Below are positions 24,737 to 36,854 of a stretch of 64,000 nt of DNA, in pieces. Numbering within the stretch: the first letter of the stretch is position 1; every line of letters begins with the position of its first letter. This DNA comes from Lingula anatina (lineage: Eukaryota; Animalia; Brachiopoda), in the NCBI GenBank assembly GCA_051362555.1, contig CM120644.1, forward strand, positions 21,722,534 through 21,786,533, written 5' to 3'. The translations under genes were made by a program, and so were the position numbers. The notes under the pieces are model-generated. The model ran no database searches, had not been told where the DNA came from, and worked only from the letters and a program-made list of their open reading frames with translations.

Positions 24737-27700
24737 CTATGATCTCTTAACATTATCATAAATACTGCATTTACAGGACCTTCCTATCGCCGTAGTTAAG
24801 CAGTCTACCTCCATATCATCACTTCTTGTATCATTCTGACCCACTTTCCTAACTTTAATTGGCTTGGGGCTTGATTGATTTTCATCTGGGACAACTTGTG
24901 TTTCAGCGTGTTGCATGCATCGTTTTCTAAATCGTGTATTATGCGAGTGTGATGGTATGACAATTGGCCTTTTAGGTTGTGTGATTTCGTTTGATTCTTC
25001 CGAGTCTGACATGTCAACACTTTCCGTGTCCTCTTTATTATTATCATTTTCTGCACTCACCACATCATTCGCTTCTTCGCGATTTAGATTTTCTGTGGGT
25101 GCATTGATGTCAGCTCTAACAGCTTCTGTTTGCGCTGGTTCTGGACCTCGTTGCGCGGGTACTGCTGCAGGATTAGGTCTTCGGAAAACTCTCCGAGCTC
25201 TAGGTGCAATCCCTTCCCAAGCTATGTTTGGTTCAACTAATTTCAACCTACGCCTGTTTATCGTGCGCGTTTTACCTGTCTGCTGATTTACCAGCCAAAA
25301 AACATTTCCGCGATACCTAGTTACTGTGAATATCGGATCATATCTTGATCCAAATGTAACTCTATCTGGTGCCGTAACAATGACACTATCTCCAACTTCA
25401 ATCTTTTCGGCATTGGCCTTCGCGTCATACTGTCGTTTTGTTTCTATTCGTGCTGTCTGAAGGTTCTCTCTAGCTATCGCTAACGCATCTGAAAGTTCCG
25501 CTAACCGGCCGTTTAGCGCGTTTGTATTATCTCCATAGGTGAGCAATTTAGATAGGGGGACTCGTGGCATTCTGCCGTACACTAGAAAATATGGACTAAA
25601 ACCTGTCACCGTGGAAATGCTACTTCGATAAGCGAATAAAGCATTTGCTACTTGTCCCTCCCATGATTTGACATCATTGTTCACTAAACGCGATAACAAA
25701 CCTTTGTAAGTGGCATTGAATCTCTCTATTTTCCCAGAACAGGCAGGGTTATATGGTGTTGTCCTTCTGTGATCAATTCCAAGACCCGAAAGATACGCTC
25801 TGAATTCGTATGCGCTGAATTCACTACCTCTATCAGAGATAATAATCTGTGGAATAGAGTGGCGGGGGAAAAAGTCATTTGCCAGGGCATTTTCTACCGA
25901 TTTAGCAGTTTTATTTGGAATTGGATAAGATTCAGCCCAACCCGTTAAATAATCTATCACATTCAAACAATATTTGTTTCCTCTCGATGATTCTACAAAG
26001 GGGCCAATTAAATCCATTCCCACGATCTGGAATGGGTATGAGGCGAGAGGCAATTCACCTAAAGTCGTCCTCACTGGGCGGGGTTTATGTACTAAGCAAG
26101 TCGGACATCGTTTTAAGGCTTGTGTTATATGTTTTCGCATTCCTGGCCAGACATACGCTTCTCTTACCCGACAAAGTGTTTTGTGGATACCCATGTGCCC
26201 CACGTTTTTGTGACAGTTTTCAATCACCTTCTCTCTAAATTGTCTTGGTAACATCAACCGAGGATATTCGGGTTCAGTGTGTGTCGGAGGCCGCGTTGAG
26301 TAGAGCAGACCCTGGTAAATTTCAAAGTCAGACTCCTCGTTTTTCGCCTCTTCAATTTCATCCGAGAACTCTTCAACCTGACCCTTCTGTACCTCTTCAA
26401 TATTCAAGCCGTCAGCTTCAAAAGGGATGTTATAAATGGGCATGCTATCAGGAATCATCCTTGGGTCTACCCAATCGTCCTCCGTATCCATGATAGCCAT
26501 CTCCCCTTTTAATTCTTCTCTCTCCTCAGGTAACCTGCTCAAAAAATCCGCGCATATGTTTGTCGTGCCTTTCACGTATTCGATTTTTGCATTGTACTCT
26601 GCCAAAACTGCAGCCCACCTTTGTAATCTTGAATTTTGAATTTTAGATGAAAACATTGCTTTTAGCGGTTTATGGTCGGTGTAAATTGTAACGTCCGCGC
26701 CCCATAAATATGGTCTCAATTTATTCACGCTGTACATGATTGCATAAGCCTCTTTTTCTATTGTACTGTAATTCGTTTGTGTCTTGGACAGTTTGTGGCT
26801 TATATAGTGAACTACACGATCTTTTCCCGCGTCATCAGTTTGTACTAAAACCGCGCCTATGGCTTTGTTGCTCGCGTCAGTGTATAGCTTGTACGGTTGA
26901 TTGATTTTGGGATGGGCCATCACTTTATTCGACATCAGGAGATCTTTGAGCCGATCAAAACTCCTTTGCTCTTCACTACCCCATTCAAAAGTGTTGTCTT
27001 TGTTGGTTAATTTATATAACGGTGATGCTATTCTCGCGAAGTCTGGGACGGTTCTTGAGTAATAATTACACATCCCCAGAAATGATCTGACTTGTTTTAC
27101 AGTTTTGGGAACCGGCATATTCTTTATTGGTTTGAGCTTCTCGAGATTACTGCGGATTCCGTCTTTGTTCACTATGTATCCTAAAAGTTTGACCTCGTTT
27201 TTTGCAAATTCACATTTATCAGATTTTATTTTCAGATTGGCCTCTCTGAACCTGTCCAAAACTAAACGCAAATGTTTCACATGATCTTCCATATTCTTTG
27301 AGTAAACTGTGCAATCATCTATGTAGATGTTACAGCATTTGCCGATTAAGCCTGATAAAACTCGATCCACGACGGCCTGAAAATGATTTGGACCGTTAGA
27401 AAGCCCAAACGGCACCCTTTTATATTCAAATAAACCGCGATGGCAAATGAAAGCTGTTTTATTCATGTCCGCTTCGTCAAGAGTAATTTGATTGAAACCA
27501 TGTTTCAAATCAATGACTGAAAATACCGTCGCGCCTTCCATGTTATCAAAAATATCGTCAATGAGCGGCAAAGGATATCTGTCAATCTTGGTAATTGCGT
27601 TAACCTTGCGGTAATCTACACAAAATCGCATGGATCCGTCGGCTTTAGGAGATAGCACTACGGGGCTACTCCACTGACTGTGGCTCGGTCTGATAATATC

Positions 27701-29404
27701 GTTTTTGAGAAGATATTCTATCTCTTTATCAATTATCTCTCTTTTCGCGAGCGGTGTGCGATATGCCCTCTGTTGGACCGGCGCGTTGTTTCCCGTGTCT
27801 ATTATCATCGGCATAATGTCGCATTTTCCTAATGGGTTTTCACTAGTGCTGAACACGTCGCGATATTCACGTATCACTTCATCTATTTCTTTGTGTCCCG
27901 ATAACGGCGGGAGTTTAACAATTTCCGCGATAAGACCTTCACGGCTATAGTCAGTTAGCGGCCATTCTTTCTCAAACATTGTCATCTTTTTTTCAGCGAA
28001 ATTTATTCGTGCATTTCCTAGGTTAAGCAAATCAATACCGATGATCATTTCATGTTCAATTTTGTCAATCACAATCACCTCACAAACACCAACACCATCA
28101 ATTTTAACATTTGTTTTCCCTTTCACCGCAAGTGTTTCTCCCGACACTGTGTATATCTCTTTTGAGTTGTCTAATAATCGACTTCTTCCAGTCGCTTTAC
28201 AAATTTTCAGGAACTGATCTAATCCTAAACAAGTAACACATGCCCCTGAATCTACCAAAGCCTTACATCTAACACCACTAATGGTGACTGCTAAACCCAG
28301 TCTACCGCTGGACTTATTTGAGGTGATTCTTGCTGCATCAATTTTTCTCGTATTTTGTTGTGCTTTTAACTGTCCGCAATCTAATTTTTTATGACCTGGT
28401 CTGTTGCAGTAAAAGCATATGGGAGTTTTGCGTTTATGTGTTTGTGGACGCTGTTGTATGCGATACCTTCCCTTGTTGTGCGTATTTTGTGTGTGCCAGC
28501 CAGCGTTTACGTGTGGATTTTCTGTTTGGAAAACTGTGTTTTCTATTTTGTTCAGACGTGCATGTAAATTTTCTTCTGCCTGGGAAACTGCCTCGGCTGC
28601 GCTTTGTAACTGTGATACAAAATCATTGTTTTCTTTTAGCGTCGTGTTTACGGCTGATATTTCTAGGTGTGTTTCCTTCCTGGTAGCGTGTTCAGTTTGA
28701 TCATTTAATATGGCATATGTGGGTGTGCTTGTTTTGTTTTGTGACTTTTGTTGTCCCATGATATTTTCAAAAATCTCTTTCCCTGCACATACATTTTCAG
28801 TCCACTGTATTGCTTCTTCAAGGGTATGTGGACGACCCCTAACAATCATATCTTCAGCTAGTTTTTCATCTGCTAACCCTCTAGTATATGCTCTAACAAT
28901 AATTCTCTCTACATCTGGTACCCTGTCTGTACCATATGCTCGTCTACTTGCCTCCGCAAATAATCTGTTGAATGTTGTTAACGACTCATTATTCGATTGT
29001 GTTAACATTTCTAATTCAACCTTCAATCTCTCAGGTTCGTTTACTGATAAAAACGTACGCTGAATAAATTCTCTAACCGTTCCCCATGTAGTACTCATTC
29101 TAGCTGGTTGCTTATTTAAAAATCTTTCAACTTCTCTTCTGAGAGCTCCCTTGGTCGTCTTAGTAACTAATTTAGCTACATTCCCTTCTATGTCCCTTAT
29201 GCTAGGCAAAATTGCATCAACTTGATCTAAATATTCTCTAGTTTCACCATAATCCAACCCATCACATATCCTAATGCCTTCAGCACTATCTGCTATTCTT
29301 TGATTCCAAATTTCACTTACCTGTTTTCCTTGTAAGCTTTTTGTGATCATTTCCAAACTTTCCACCAGCTTTTGGTCTAAGTTCCTGGTCGTCGTCTTTG
29401 CCAT
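24737..29404 (-). CDS. Gypsy gag-pol polyprotein (1555 aa)
   Basis: CCHC knuckle CFYCNRPGHKKLDC; protease ALVDSGA; RT RFCVDYR, PFGL, YIDD; RNase H TDAS/EKE/TDH; integrase H..GH..CPTC and D,D(35)E core (MDL, SDRG, ERF). No stop or frameshift. Confidence 0.97.
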   Translation of the reverse strand: MAKTTTRNLDQKLVESLEMITKSLQGKQVSEIWNQRIADSAEGIRICDGLDYGETREYLDQVDAILPSIRDIEGNVAKLVTKTTKGALRREVERFLNKQPARMSTTWGTVREFIQRTFLSVNEPERLKVELEMLTQSNNESLTTFNRLFAEASRRAYGTDRVPDVERIIVRAYTRGLADEKLAEDMIVRGRPHTLEEAIQWTENVCAGKEIFENIMGQQKSQNKTSTPTYAILNDQTEHATRKETHLEISAVNTTLKENNDFVSQLQSAAEAVSQAEENLHARLNKIENTVFQTENPHVNAGWHTQNTHNKGRYRIQQRPQTHKRKTPICFYCNRPGHKKLDCGQLKAQQNTRKIDAARITSNKSSGRLGLAVTISGVRCKALVDSGACVTCLGLDQFLKICKATGRSRLLDNSKEIYTVSGETLAVKGKTNVKIDGVGVCEVIVIDKIEHEMIIGIDLLNLGNARINFAEKKMTMFEKEWPLTDYSREGLIAEIVKLPPLSGHKEIDEVIREYRDVFSTSENPLGKCDIMPMIIDTGNNAPVQQRAYRTPLAKREIIDKEIEYLLKNDIIRPSHSQWSSPVVLSPKADGSMRFCVDYRKVNAITKIDRYPLPLIDDIFDNMEGATVFSVIDLKHGFNQITLDEADMNKTAFICHRGLFEYKRVPFGLSNGPNHFQAVVDRVLSGLIGKCCNIYIDDCTVYSKNMEDHVKHLRLVLDRFREANLKIKSDKCEFAKNEVKLLGYIVNKDGIRSNLEKLKPIKNMPVPKTVKQVRSFLGMCNYYSRTVPDFARIASPLYKLTNKDNTFEWGSEEQRSFDRLKDLLMSNKVMAHPKINQPYKLYTDASNKAIGAVLVQTDDAGKDRVVHYISHKLSKTQTNYSTIEKEAYAIMYSVNKLRPYLWGADVTIYTDHKPLKAMFSSKIQNSRLQRWAAVLAEYNAKIEYVKGTTNICADFLSRLPEEREELKGEMAIMDTEDDWVDPRMIPDSMPIYNIPFEADGLNIEEVQKGQVEEFSDEIEEAKNEESDFEIYQGLLYSTRPPTHTEPEYPRLMLPRQFREKVIENCHKNVGHMGIHKTLCRVREAYVWPGMRKHITQALKRCPTCLVHKPRPVRTTLGELPLASYPFQIVGMDLIGPFVESSRGNKYCLNVIDYLTGWAESYPIPNKTAKSVENALANDFFPRHSIPQIIISDRGSEFSAYEFRAYLSGLGIDHRRTTPYNPACSGKIERFNATYKGLLSRLVNNDVKSWEGQVANALFAYRSSISTVTGFSPYFLVYGRMPRVPLSKLLTYGDNTNALNGRLAELSDALAIARENLQTARIETKRQYDAKANAEKIEVGDSVIVTAPDRVTFGSRYDPIFTVTRYRGNVFWLVNQQTGKTRTINRRRLKLVEPNIAWEGIAPRARRVFRRPNPAAVPAQRGPEPAQTEAVRADINAPTENLNREEANDVVSAENDNNKEDTESVDMSDSEESNEITQPKRPIVIPSHSHNTRFRKRCMQHAETQVVPDENQSSPKPIKVRKVGQNDTRSDDMEVDCLTTAIGRSCKCSIYDNVKRS

Positions 29405-29449
29405 TGTTATTCGTTATTTTCCTCCGTGCACGTTTTTTGTGAAAATTTA

Positions 29450-29466
29450 CTGGCTCGAGCTCGCCA
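29450..29466 (-). other. Primer binding site, probably tRNA-Arg(ACG)
   Basis: Minus strand TGGCGAGCTCGAGCCAG lies 6 nt after the 5' LTR and resembles TGGCGAGCCAGCCAG, the complement of the tRNA-Arg(ACG) 3' end (from memory). Confidence 0.65.
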
Positions 29467-29472
29467 AAAATA

Positions 29473-29948
29473 TGTTGTGAACCGTCTAAAATGACTTTAA
29501 CTTTTATTTATAACTGTACTGAATTCCAGTGTATCAATTTCCATTAACGAATTAACTAATCTATGGGCTCCGACATGACTCCAGATTCGACTCAGTCTTT
29601 CACTTTACGTGCACAGAGAAGCATAACAGAACAACCTCACATCTTCAGTCTCAGATCAAAAAGTGTCTTTATTATGGACAAGCTTCAAGTTATATACAGA
29701 TTATCTACAGGGAATCTATGTGTACATGTGGCTGCTACTTATTTACATGCGTGTACATGTGGCTGCTACTTATTTACATACTAATTGTTGTGCAATATTA
29801 ACAGGTGATATGCATCTGCCTAAGGAATAGGCCTACCTATGGGCCTCTACCGAAAATAATATTTATGTATGCAGGACAGATGCAAATTATATAATAATAC
29901 GTTGATTAACTCTGAATACACAATGTGGAATTAGTGCAGGATTCCACA
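29473..29948 (-). repeat. 5' LTR of the Gypsy element
   Basis: 476 bp, TG...CA, adjacent to the PBS; minus-strand TATATAA and AATAAA inside. Confidence 0.95.
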
Positions 29949-30400
29949 ACCTGTCTGCAGGACTTAGAATACTAAGTAACGGGTGTCCACTGGACATTAA
30001 ATCCCAGGAAATTATGTCCGAGGACATGCGTTCATAGGAATGTCCTATGAACATGCATTACGGCGGACATCCATTCCCTTCAGCTCTCGATCCGTCGACA
30101 TTTGCAGCCCTCATCGTGTATGTTGAGGTTCCGTGTGATCCACTCACAACGGATTGATGAAATGGACAAAACACAAACCCGATCGAGAAACTAATATAGT
30201 TGGACTTGTTTGATATCTTCCATCTTCTTCTTATTGATTTAAAGCCTAAAATCTATTTTACGTGCAATAAATTTCAATATAAAGGTGAAATATGCGATTA
30301 AATTAAAGTAAATGAAAACGATTAAGTGATATAATAGGTAAAGTGGAGAGTCCGAAAATGTGTGTGTGATTGTGTGTGTGTGTGTGTGTGTGAGTGTGAT

Positions 30401-30443
<43 letters not shown>

Positions 30444-30609
30444 CGGAGAGAGAGAGAACTTACATTACTGCATTTAGTGGTCAAACCAAGTTTAAAAACT
30501 ACTGTTGATCTAAATTATGTCCAGATGAACACCTGATTTTATAGGCAAAGTGTGCCAGCGTAAGGAGCTCCTAGATGTCAAATAATGCAAAGCCTGTCAT
30601 TACTTTCAG

Positions 30610-31557
30610 CAGAGCGGATTGGATGATGACGTCATTCCCGAAGAATGGCTTGAGGAAATACAAAGAAGAAAAAAACTTGTGTCCGAGGCATGCCAGAAGT
30701 ATAAAACGGAAAAAACGCCTTTGACAAAAGAATGGATTGAAGAAATTGGCAGTCATCTCATTGTAGAAGACCAGTATAAAATCATATATTGCCGCGTACC
30801 GAAATCGGGGAACACAAGTTGGAAGCGCTTGTTGCTAGCATTGTCTGGTATTATAAACGATACTTCTATGGCTCATGGCAAAAAGGGGCTAAACCCACGA
30901 GAAGGAGTTAATAGATATTTGCATACGTTGAATACGCTGTCGTTTTCTGAAGCAAAACAAAAACTTGATACCCACTTGAAAGTTATGTATCTTAGGCACC
31001 CCTTAGAACGATTACTTTCTGCATATCGTAATAAGTTGGAAAGAGATCCTTGGACGCATGTGAGTGTCTCATCGCAAGTGGTTCCATACGTTATGAAGCA
31101 CTATCGCGGTGTAGAACCCATTCTTCCTGTCAGTGTTAGCCAACGTCGTGGACGGATATCTGGCGTCTTTCCATCTGGAGAAGAGTTCAGTTTTCCAAAA
31201 GACGAACTTCCAAGTTGGGTACCAAAGATAACATTTGAAGAATTCCTTCGTTACGTTGGTGACAATCCAAACTTTCTTAATGGTCATTGGGCGCCCCCAA
31301 ACGATTTATGTCACCCATGCGTCATTCAATATGACGTCATAGGGTATTTTGGGACAATAAGCGAAGATGCAAACAACATTTTGAAACTAGTGCATGCGTA
31401 CCCAGCATTCAAATTTCCAAATGTGTACATTAATCTAGAAACAACGTCTAATTTGGTGAATAGATATTATTCAAATGTATCAAAATCGACGTTGCAGAAA
31501 ATTCGTCCAATTTACGCACTTGATGCAGCAATGTCGGCTTCTAAGTTACGTATTTAG
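30610..31557 (+). CDS. Carbohydrate sulfotransferase (CHST11-like), copy 3, catalytic exon 3
   Basis: tactttcag|CAGAGC acceptor; open 948 nt; all family motifs; AATAAA at 31756-31761. Confidence 0.9.
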   Translation, partial: QSGLDDDVIPEEWLEEIQRRKKLVSEACQKYKTEKTPLTKEWIEEIGSHLIVEDQYKIIYCRVPKSGNTSWKRLLLALSGIINDTSMAHGKKGLNPREGVNRYLHTLNTLSFSEAKQKLDTHLKVMYLRHPLERLLSAYRNKLERDPWTHVSVSSQVVPYVMKHYRGVEPILPVSVSQRRGRISGVFPSGEEFSFPKDELPSWVPKITFEEFLRYVGDNPNFLNGHWAPPNDLCHPCVIQYDVIGYFGTISEDANNILKLVHAYPAFKFPNVYINLETTSNLVNRYYSNVSKSTLQKIRPIYALDAAMSASKLRI

Positions 31558-32704
31558 TTAAAGATGCATTTGAAGTCGATCTTTTGCCACAAAAGCCAAC
31601 CAAATGTTACCACATCCAAATAGTGTAATTTACAGGACTACCAAAATACATTGCTTAATGTTAAAGTGATATTTGAACGGATTTTTCTGCTTGCTTTCTG
31701 TGATTTTAGGTTACCCAAGTAGTAAGATAAGATGTTGGGGCACGGTCTTTACAAGAATAAAGTAGGTTACTGGGTAGATAAGTAGGCAGTATGTTAGATA
31801 AGTAGCTATGTTAGATAAGACCGGTAAGATAAGCAGGACATATTTACGATCATAACTTATAGAAATTGCAGTTTATAGCTCTTTTTTGTCTGATCTTGTG
31901 ATTAAATCGATTTATTCCTTTGTTATGTTGACATTATTTGAGTCATTAGAAACTAATAGAAAGGGTGTAAATGCGTTACTGAAACGTTCGGTTCAAATGT
32001 ACCTTTAAACTGAGTTTGCGTTCTGTTAACACGTCATTGTAATTTAATTGTCAACCATCCGGGGACAGAAGGCCAAGCATGGATAGAACTTCAGAGCAAT
32101 GCCTGCACTAACGACTGTTATGTCATTTCGCTAGCTTTTTGTTAATTTCTTTGCTTTATTATAAAATGCTAACGGCATAATCGCCCCCAAATTTCAGTAA
32201 AATGCTAGAGTTTGTACTGGGCTTCAGGTCCCTTGGAGGTCTATGTCTTACACTGAAAATGTCAATATTAAAAATATGTTAACTTGAAGATGAATATCTA
32301 ATCAGTCTGCTTTGCCAGGCGGGCTCTATTCTTGTCGGAGTATTACAAGAAACACGATTTTCCTATCAGTATGTTGAAGAAAGCGCTCACAAAATAATGT
32401 TGCTGCCAATTTGATGCAATGTAATTGCAATGTAATTGTTCCAAATACCATTCAAGTTTACCTACAATTGTATGTACCGGTATTACAGGTAGCATGGACA
32501 TTCAGAAAACATCTCGTGAGACTAGATAACATTTTAAGTTTATAGCTAATATGTCATCAAGACATGTAATGTACAACTGGGTATTAATTGGTGGTGGGTA
32601 GGTAAGGCAATTAGAACTTAAGAACTTCGGGAAGTGGGAATAAAGCTGTACTACAAGTAACAAGGACTATGCCATTGAAAATGCTTATGTGTGAAAAATG
32701 AAAA

Positions 32705-32749
<45 letters not shown>

Positions 32750-35700
32750 TTAGCGTATATGTAAACTGATCATGCTAATTTTAGAAAACAACCTGCCTCT
32801 TTACCAAACAAAGCCACTCAATAAATTTATTAAAAAAAATAATAATAAATAGGTTTAGAAGTTATGCAAAAACCCGTAAATATAAACCAATCATGTCGAT
32901 TTTCGAAAGCAACCTGCCTCTTTACCAATTCAAGCAGAGCCACTCAGAAAATTTAAAGTAAAACAAAAGTACGGTTTGGCAGTTATGGGACGATCGTCAT
33001 GTGTAGGACAACGACGGCAACCGCGACGTCTCGGCCAGACAGACCAATCAGAATATAGACAGACACTTACAATGTCTGTACATAAAAATTAAAATCAACC
33101 AATCCCAGGAACAGCCCAACCCCCATGTGCACGGAAAACCCAAAGAGCCCAAGCAGTACATTTTGACTAGAGGTTCAGAGAGGTGATAGGGATGACAGGG
33201 GCTAGTTGGGCCAGTTAGATAATTTTGGTAACTAAACCGGTTTATAAGTAAGCCCTATGAACTAAGCTACGTATGCAACGTCATTATTTTTCAAATACAG
33301 ACTTGATATTTAATATGGAATATTTTTTTCCAAATTGTTTTTCGTCAGTTTTTTCCTATTTTGCTGACTGATAAATGAAAATAAGGATTAAAATCGCGTT
33401 TTAATAACTTTTATTTATATCTTTGATGTCATTGTGACATCAGTTCATCTATTGAATTCGCCAGTGAAGCCAACAAAAATGCATTGCTTATTTTAGGTCA
33501 TACGACAACCATTGAAAGCGATGTTTTAGATCTCTATATTTTCCAAATTATCGTCTTTAAAAGAGTTATACGCCCCACAAAAGACCCTCATGTCAGTGTC
33601 TTGTCTCAGCAACGGTGGCTGTTACACCTGACCTTATCTGGCTGCTACCAGAGCTTTCAAGCGGCAAGGCATTCCTTAGGATAGGTTTTTAGAGTTTAAT
33701 CTGGAAAAAAGTCCAGGCAACGGTCAAAACGTGTCCAGTGTGGTTCAGTTTTGTTGTAGGACATGCAGTTCGTTGATTCGGAGAGTAATAACCTACCCAC
33801 GTATTGTCTGTGTGGTTCAAATATGGCGATTTTGATGACCAATGTATCTGCTCAATCCCTTGGCTCTGTAAGTTATCTGCTATTAAAAGTGCTCTGTGTG
33901 AACGGGCAATCTCATCGTTTAACCTAAAATTGTTCCTAAGGTACCCCCTATCAAATGATAGTCAAATGGCTCCCATATTATTCCTTTATTTCATCTGGTT
34001 TAGGTTTTCATCAATGACTACCATTGGTGTTTTGGTATTATGTTATATTATGTTATATTAATGTTGTATTCACTCCAAATACTGACGCTGTCAATGACCT
34101 ACATTGGCCGTGGTCTCTGTGTAGGTACATCAGTCTGGGCATAACTCCATAAAACTGTGCAGACCATTTCCAGACACAATAATCTGTCTGGTAATATCTG
34201 TCTTTTTCGTGCCATTCTGGCACAGATTAACAATTTTGTAAAACATTGTTTTACTCATTTTACGAACTGCAAAACTGACCGCTTGCATGCAAAATTTCAA
34301 AATTTTCTATGCAGTAGTTACCGACATATGGATACTTTTTTAACAGAATCATGCTTCGCCAAAGCCAAGCTTTGGCTAGCCCAAAGGAGCACTACCCAAT
34401 TAAATCACTGCATATTACACAATGCAGCAGTGCACCAGACTTGGTAGTCAGTTAATTGGTAGCGACACACCTGACTTCACACTTCTCCAGTCAGATGTTT
34501 TATGTGAGATCTGACTTTTATGAAAAAAGAACGCATTTTTACCAAGGTATATACCTTGGTAAAAGGTATATACCTTTGAAACTGCAATATTTCATATTAA
34601 ATGTCATGTCTGTATAATGCTTGATGGCTCACAATTTGACAAATAACGCAATTAACGTCAGGGGGCCAAATTGTAAGTTGCCAGTTCTAAAGGGACGAAA
34701 AAGTTGTGCAATTCAGTTCATGAAGAAAAGTAGGTCAAAAGTCAATTTGAAAGTCACAGTATGATTACCAGTATATGACGTCCTATTCATCTTCAATAAT
34801 AACTTTGTCTCTATCTCTGTCTGTTTTTGAGATATAAAAGATAAAAAATTTGCCAAGTTCAATTTTAGACCGCACTTTTTTATTTTTCTGAATGACATCC
34901 TCTTGGGACCCTGAAATCGGTACGAGAGGGCGAAAAAAAAAAAAAAAAAAACAGCCAAAAAAAAAATATATATATACTGCTTAAGTAAAGGAAAGCTGTC
35001 AGTACACAAATTTACCACAGAAACACAAATTTACCACAGAAACACGTAGCAAACTAACACTATGTCTTTATCCATGCTCTCAAAATATTAAAGCATTGTC
35101 AATACTTCGTAGAAAGGTAAAAAAAGTCATGAATACATATGCTGCATATTACCAAATCTATATTAAGGTTATTTTATGCATTTTGTTGGTATACCAATCA
35201 ATAAAACAAATGATAAACAAACAGTGTGTCTTTATTTGTGCTCTCAGAATATTTTAAAAAGCATTATGAACACTTCACAGAAATGTTTAAAAGTCATGCA
35301 AAGAAATGCTTATAATACCAAATCTATTAAAGGTCATTTCGGTCAATGCCGTTTTGTCTATTTTGACTTGCAGGAAGCAGCCAAACTGTCGGGTGGCCTG
35401 TCCGACCTTCAGCCCACCAAATACCTCGACGCCCTTGTCGTCCCTGTTTTCGCTACAAAAAAAAAAAACATGTGCTGCTTTGGACAGAATATCACTGAAA
35501 TTTTCCGGGCGATAATCGCGGCCGCCGCCAGCCTTTAGTATAATTATAGAAAGGTGATATCTCCATGCCCAATATCAATGGCATACCAATCCCAAACGAC
35601 GGCCTCCTTCCTCTTTATGACTTTAATTGTCGTGTAACTTGACAGTAATCCTTGAGATGAATTTGACGGCAAAGCAGCCACTTTCCACGTGGCGATAATA

Positions 35701-36270
35701 CGCATGCGCAGAAAGCTCATTTTCCGGCAAAATTCAATAAGGACGTTTGCGACAACCGACTTCATTGGGGTGAGTTTTTTTTTCGGAGAACGGACGAAAA
35801 TCGGTGTGCGCGCAGGATGTCAACCATAAAAATAAATTGCTTCACTTTTTTCTCCCAAATTACAACGATCTGCTGACAACTGAAAGGTGTTAGCCATACC
35901 TCAGGGCAGTGGGAGATAATGGCCGTGGTTTGAATTTGATTAAAACTGATAAAAATATATTTTGAAGGCATTTTCTAGCTTCGGGTCCCTGTCAGCACTG
36001 TCATGGTTTATATAAGCTTTTAAAATGATGATAATGTGTTCGAATTTCATGAAATAATGTCAATTTGACCAGAAGTTGTCTACCTCGCTATCTCGCTATG
36101 CCTTTTGTTATCTTTTTCAGACGTTCGATTTTTTTTGCATATTTCCATACTGCACATTTTATTTTCACCACCACAATGTGTTTTTTTGATACAGCGTAAC
36201 TCATGAACCGTATGGAAATCTAAAAAACGGACATCACCTTCTGTGTTGGCCTTGACATGATCTATCAAAT

Positions 36271-36305
<35 letters not shown>

Positions 36306-36854
36306 TCTCTAGCATTAGAGGTTCCAGAATTAAAGAGAGTTTTCAGTTTCGGCATCTAATGGCCGCTGTTCCCGACAAAATGCACTGATTGACCCCAAAC
36401 TCATGGAGATGAAAGATGACCCTAAAGGTAACACCTGTCAATAATATTATAGGTAACGTCTCTGTATAGTTTTTGAAAATTGGCACAAATATATTTTTTT
36501 TGCAAAAAATTCCCAATTATAGAAAATTTTGGCCCGTTTCACCTTGAAATAAAGGTCGAATCCAAGGGCATAATTGAAATCTCCACATATGACTTTCGGT
36601 CAGCCATTTATAGGATTTTTTCCACAATTCCTTTGGTTTGATAGAAATTTTGCATTTTCAAATGCTAAATATCTACCAAAATTAAAATTTTGCCAATTTT
36701 GGACAATGGTGCATTGCGACGAGCGACACACCTATACCCGAGTACCGACAAAGCCCAAAATTCACATGGATCAAGTTGAGATTATATGTGACCTACATAC
36801 AAGGGATGGAAACAGGGGCTGTTGTACATGTTGTTTAGGAGGCGAAGCGGTAGG

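Larger units (their letters stand above)
22448..29948 (-). mobile_element. Full-length Ty3/Gypsy LTR retrotransposon (7.5 kb), antisense in intron 2 of copy 3
   Basis: Two 476-bp TG...CA LTRs, 4-bp TSD ACCT (22444-22447, 29949-29952), PBS, PPT and an intact gag-pol with PR-RT-RH-IN order. Confidence 0.97.
20264..30087. mobile_element. Old TIR DNA transposon (possibly MULE-like, ATGTCC/GGACAT subterminal repeats) interrupted by the Tc1-derived and Gypsy elements
   Basis: Left end CCGGTGTGAAAGGAATGCATGTCC with repeated ATGTCC; right side has repeated GGACAT (22290-22440, resuming 29953-30085) ending GGACATCCATTCCCTTCA. Left end also present at about 39968 and 61593. Confidence 0.55.

Noticed and set aside
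24805-29063. Short alternative-frame and antisense ORFs overlapping gag-pol
   Set aside because: Expected shadow ORFs of a long coding sequence; no independent motifs.
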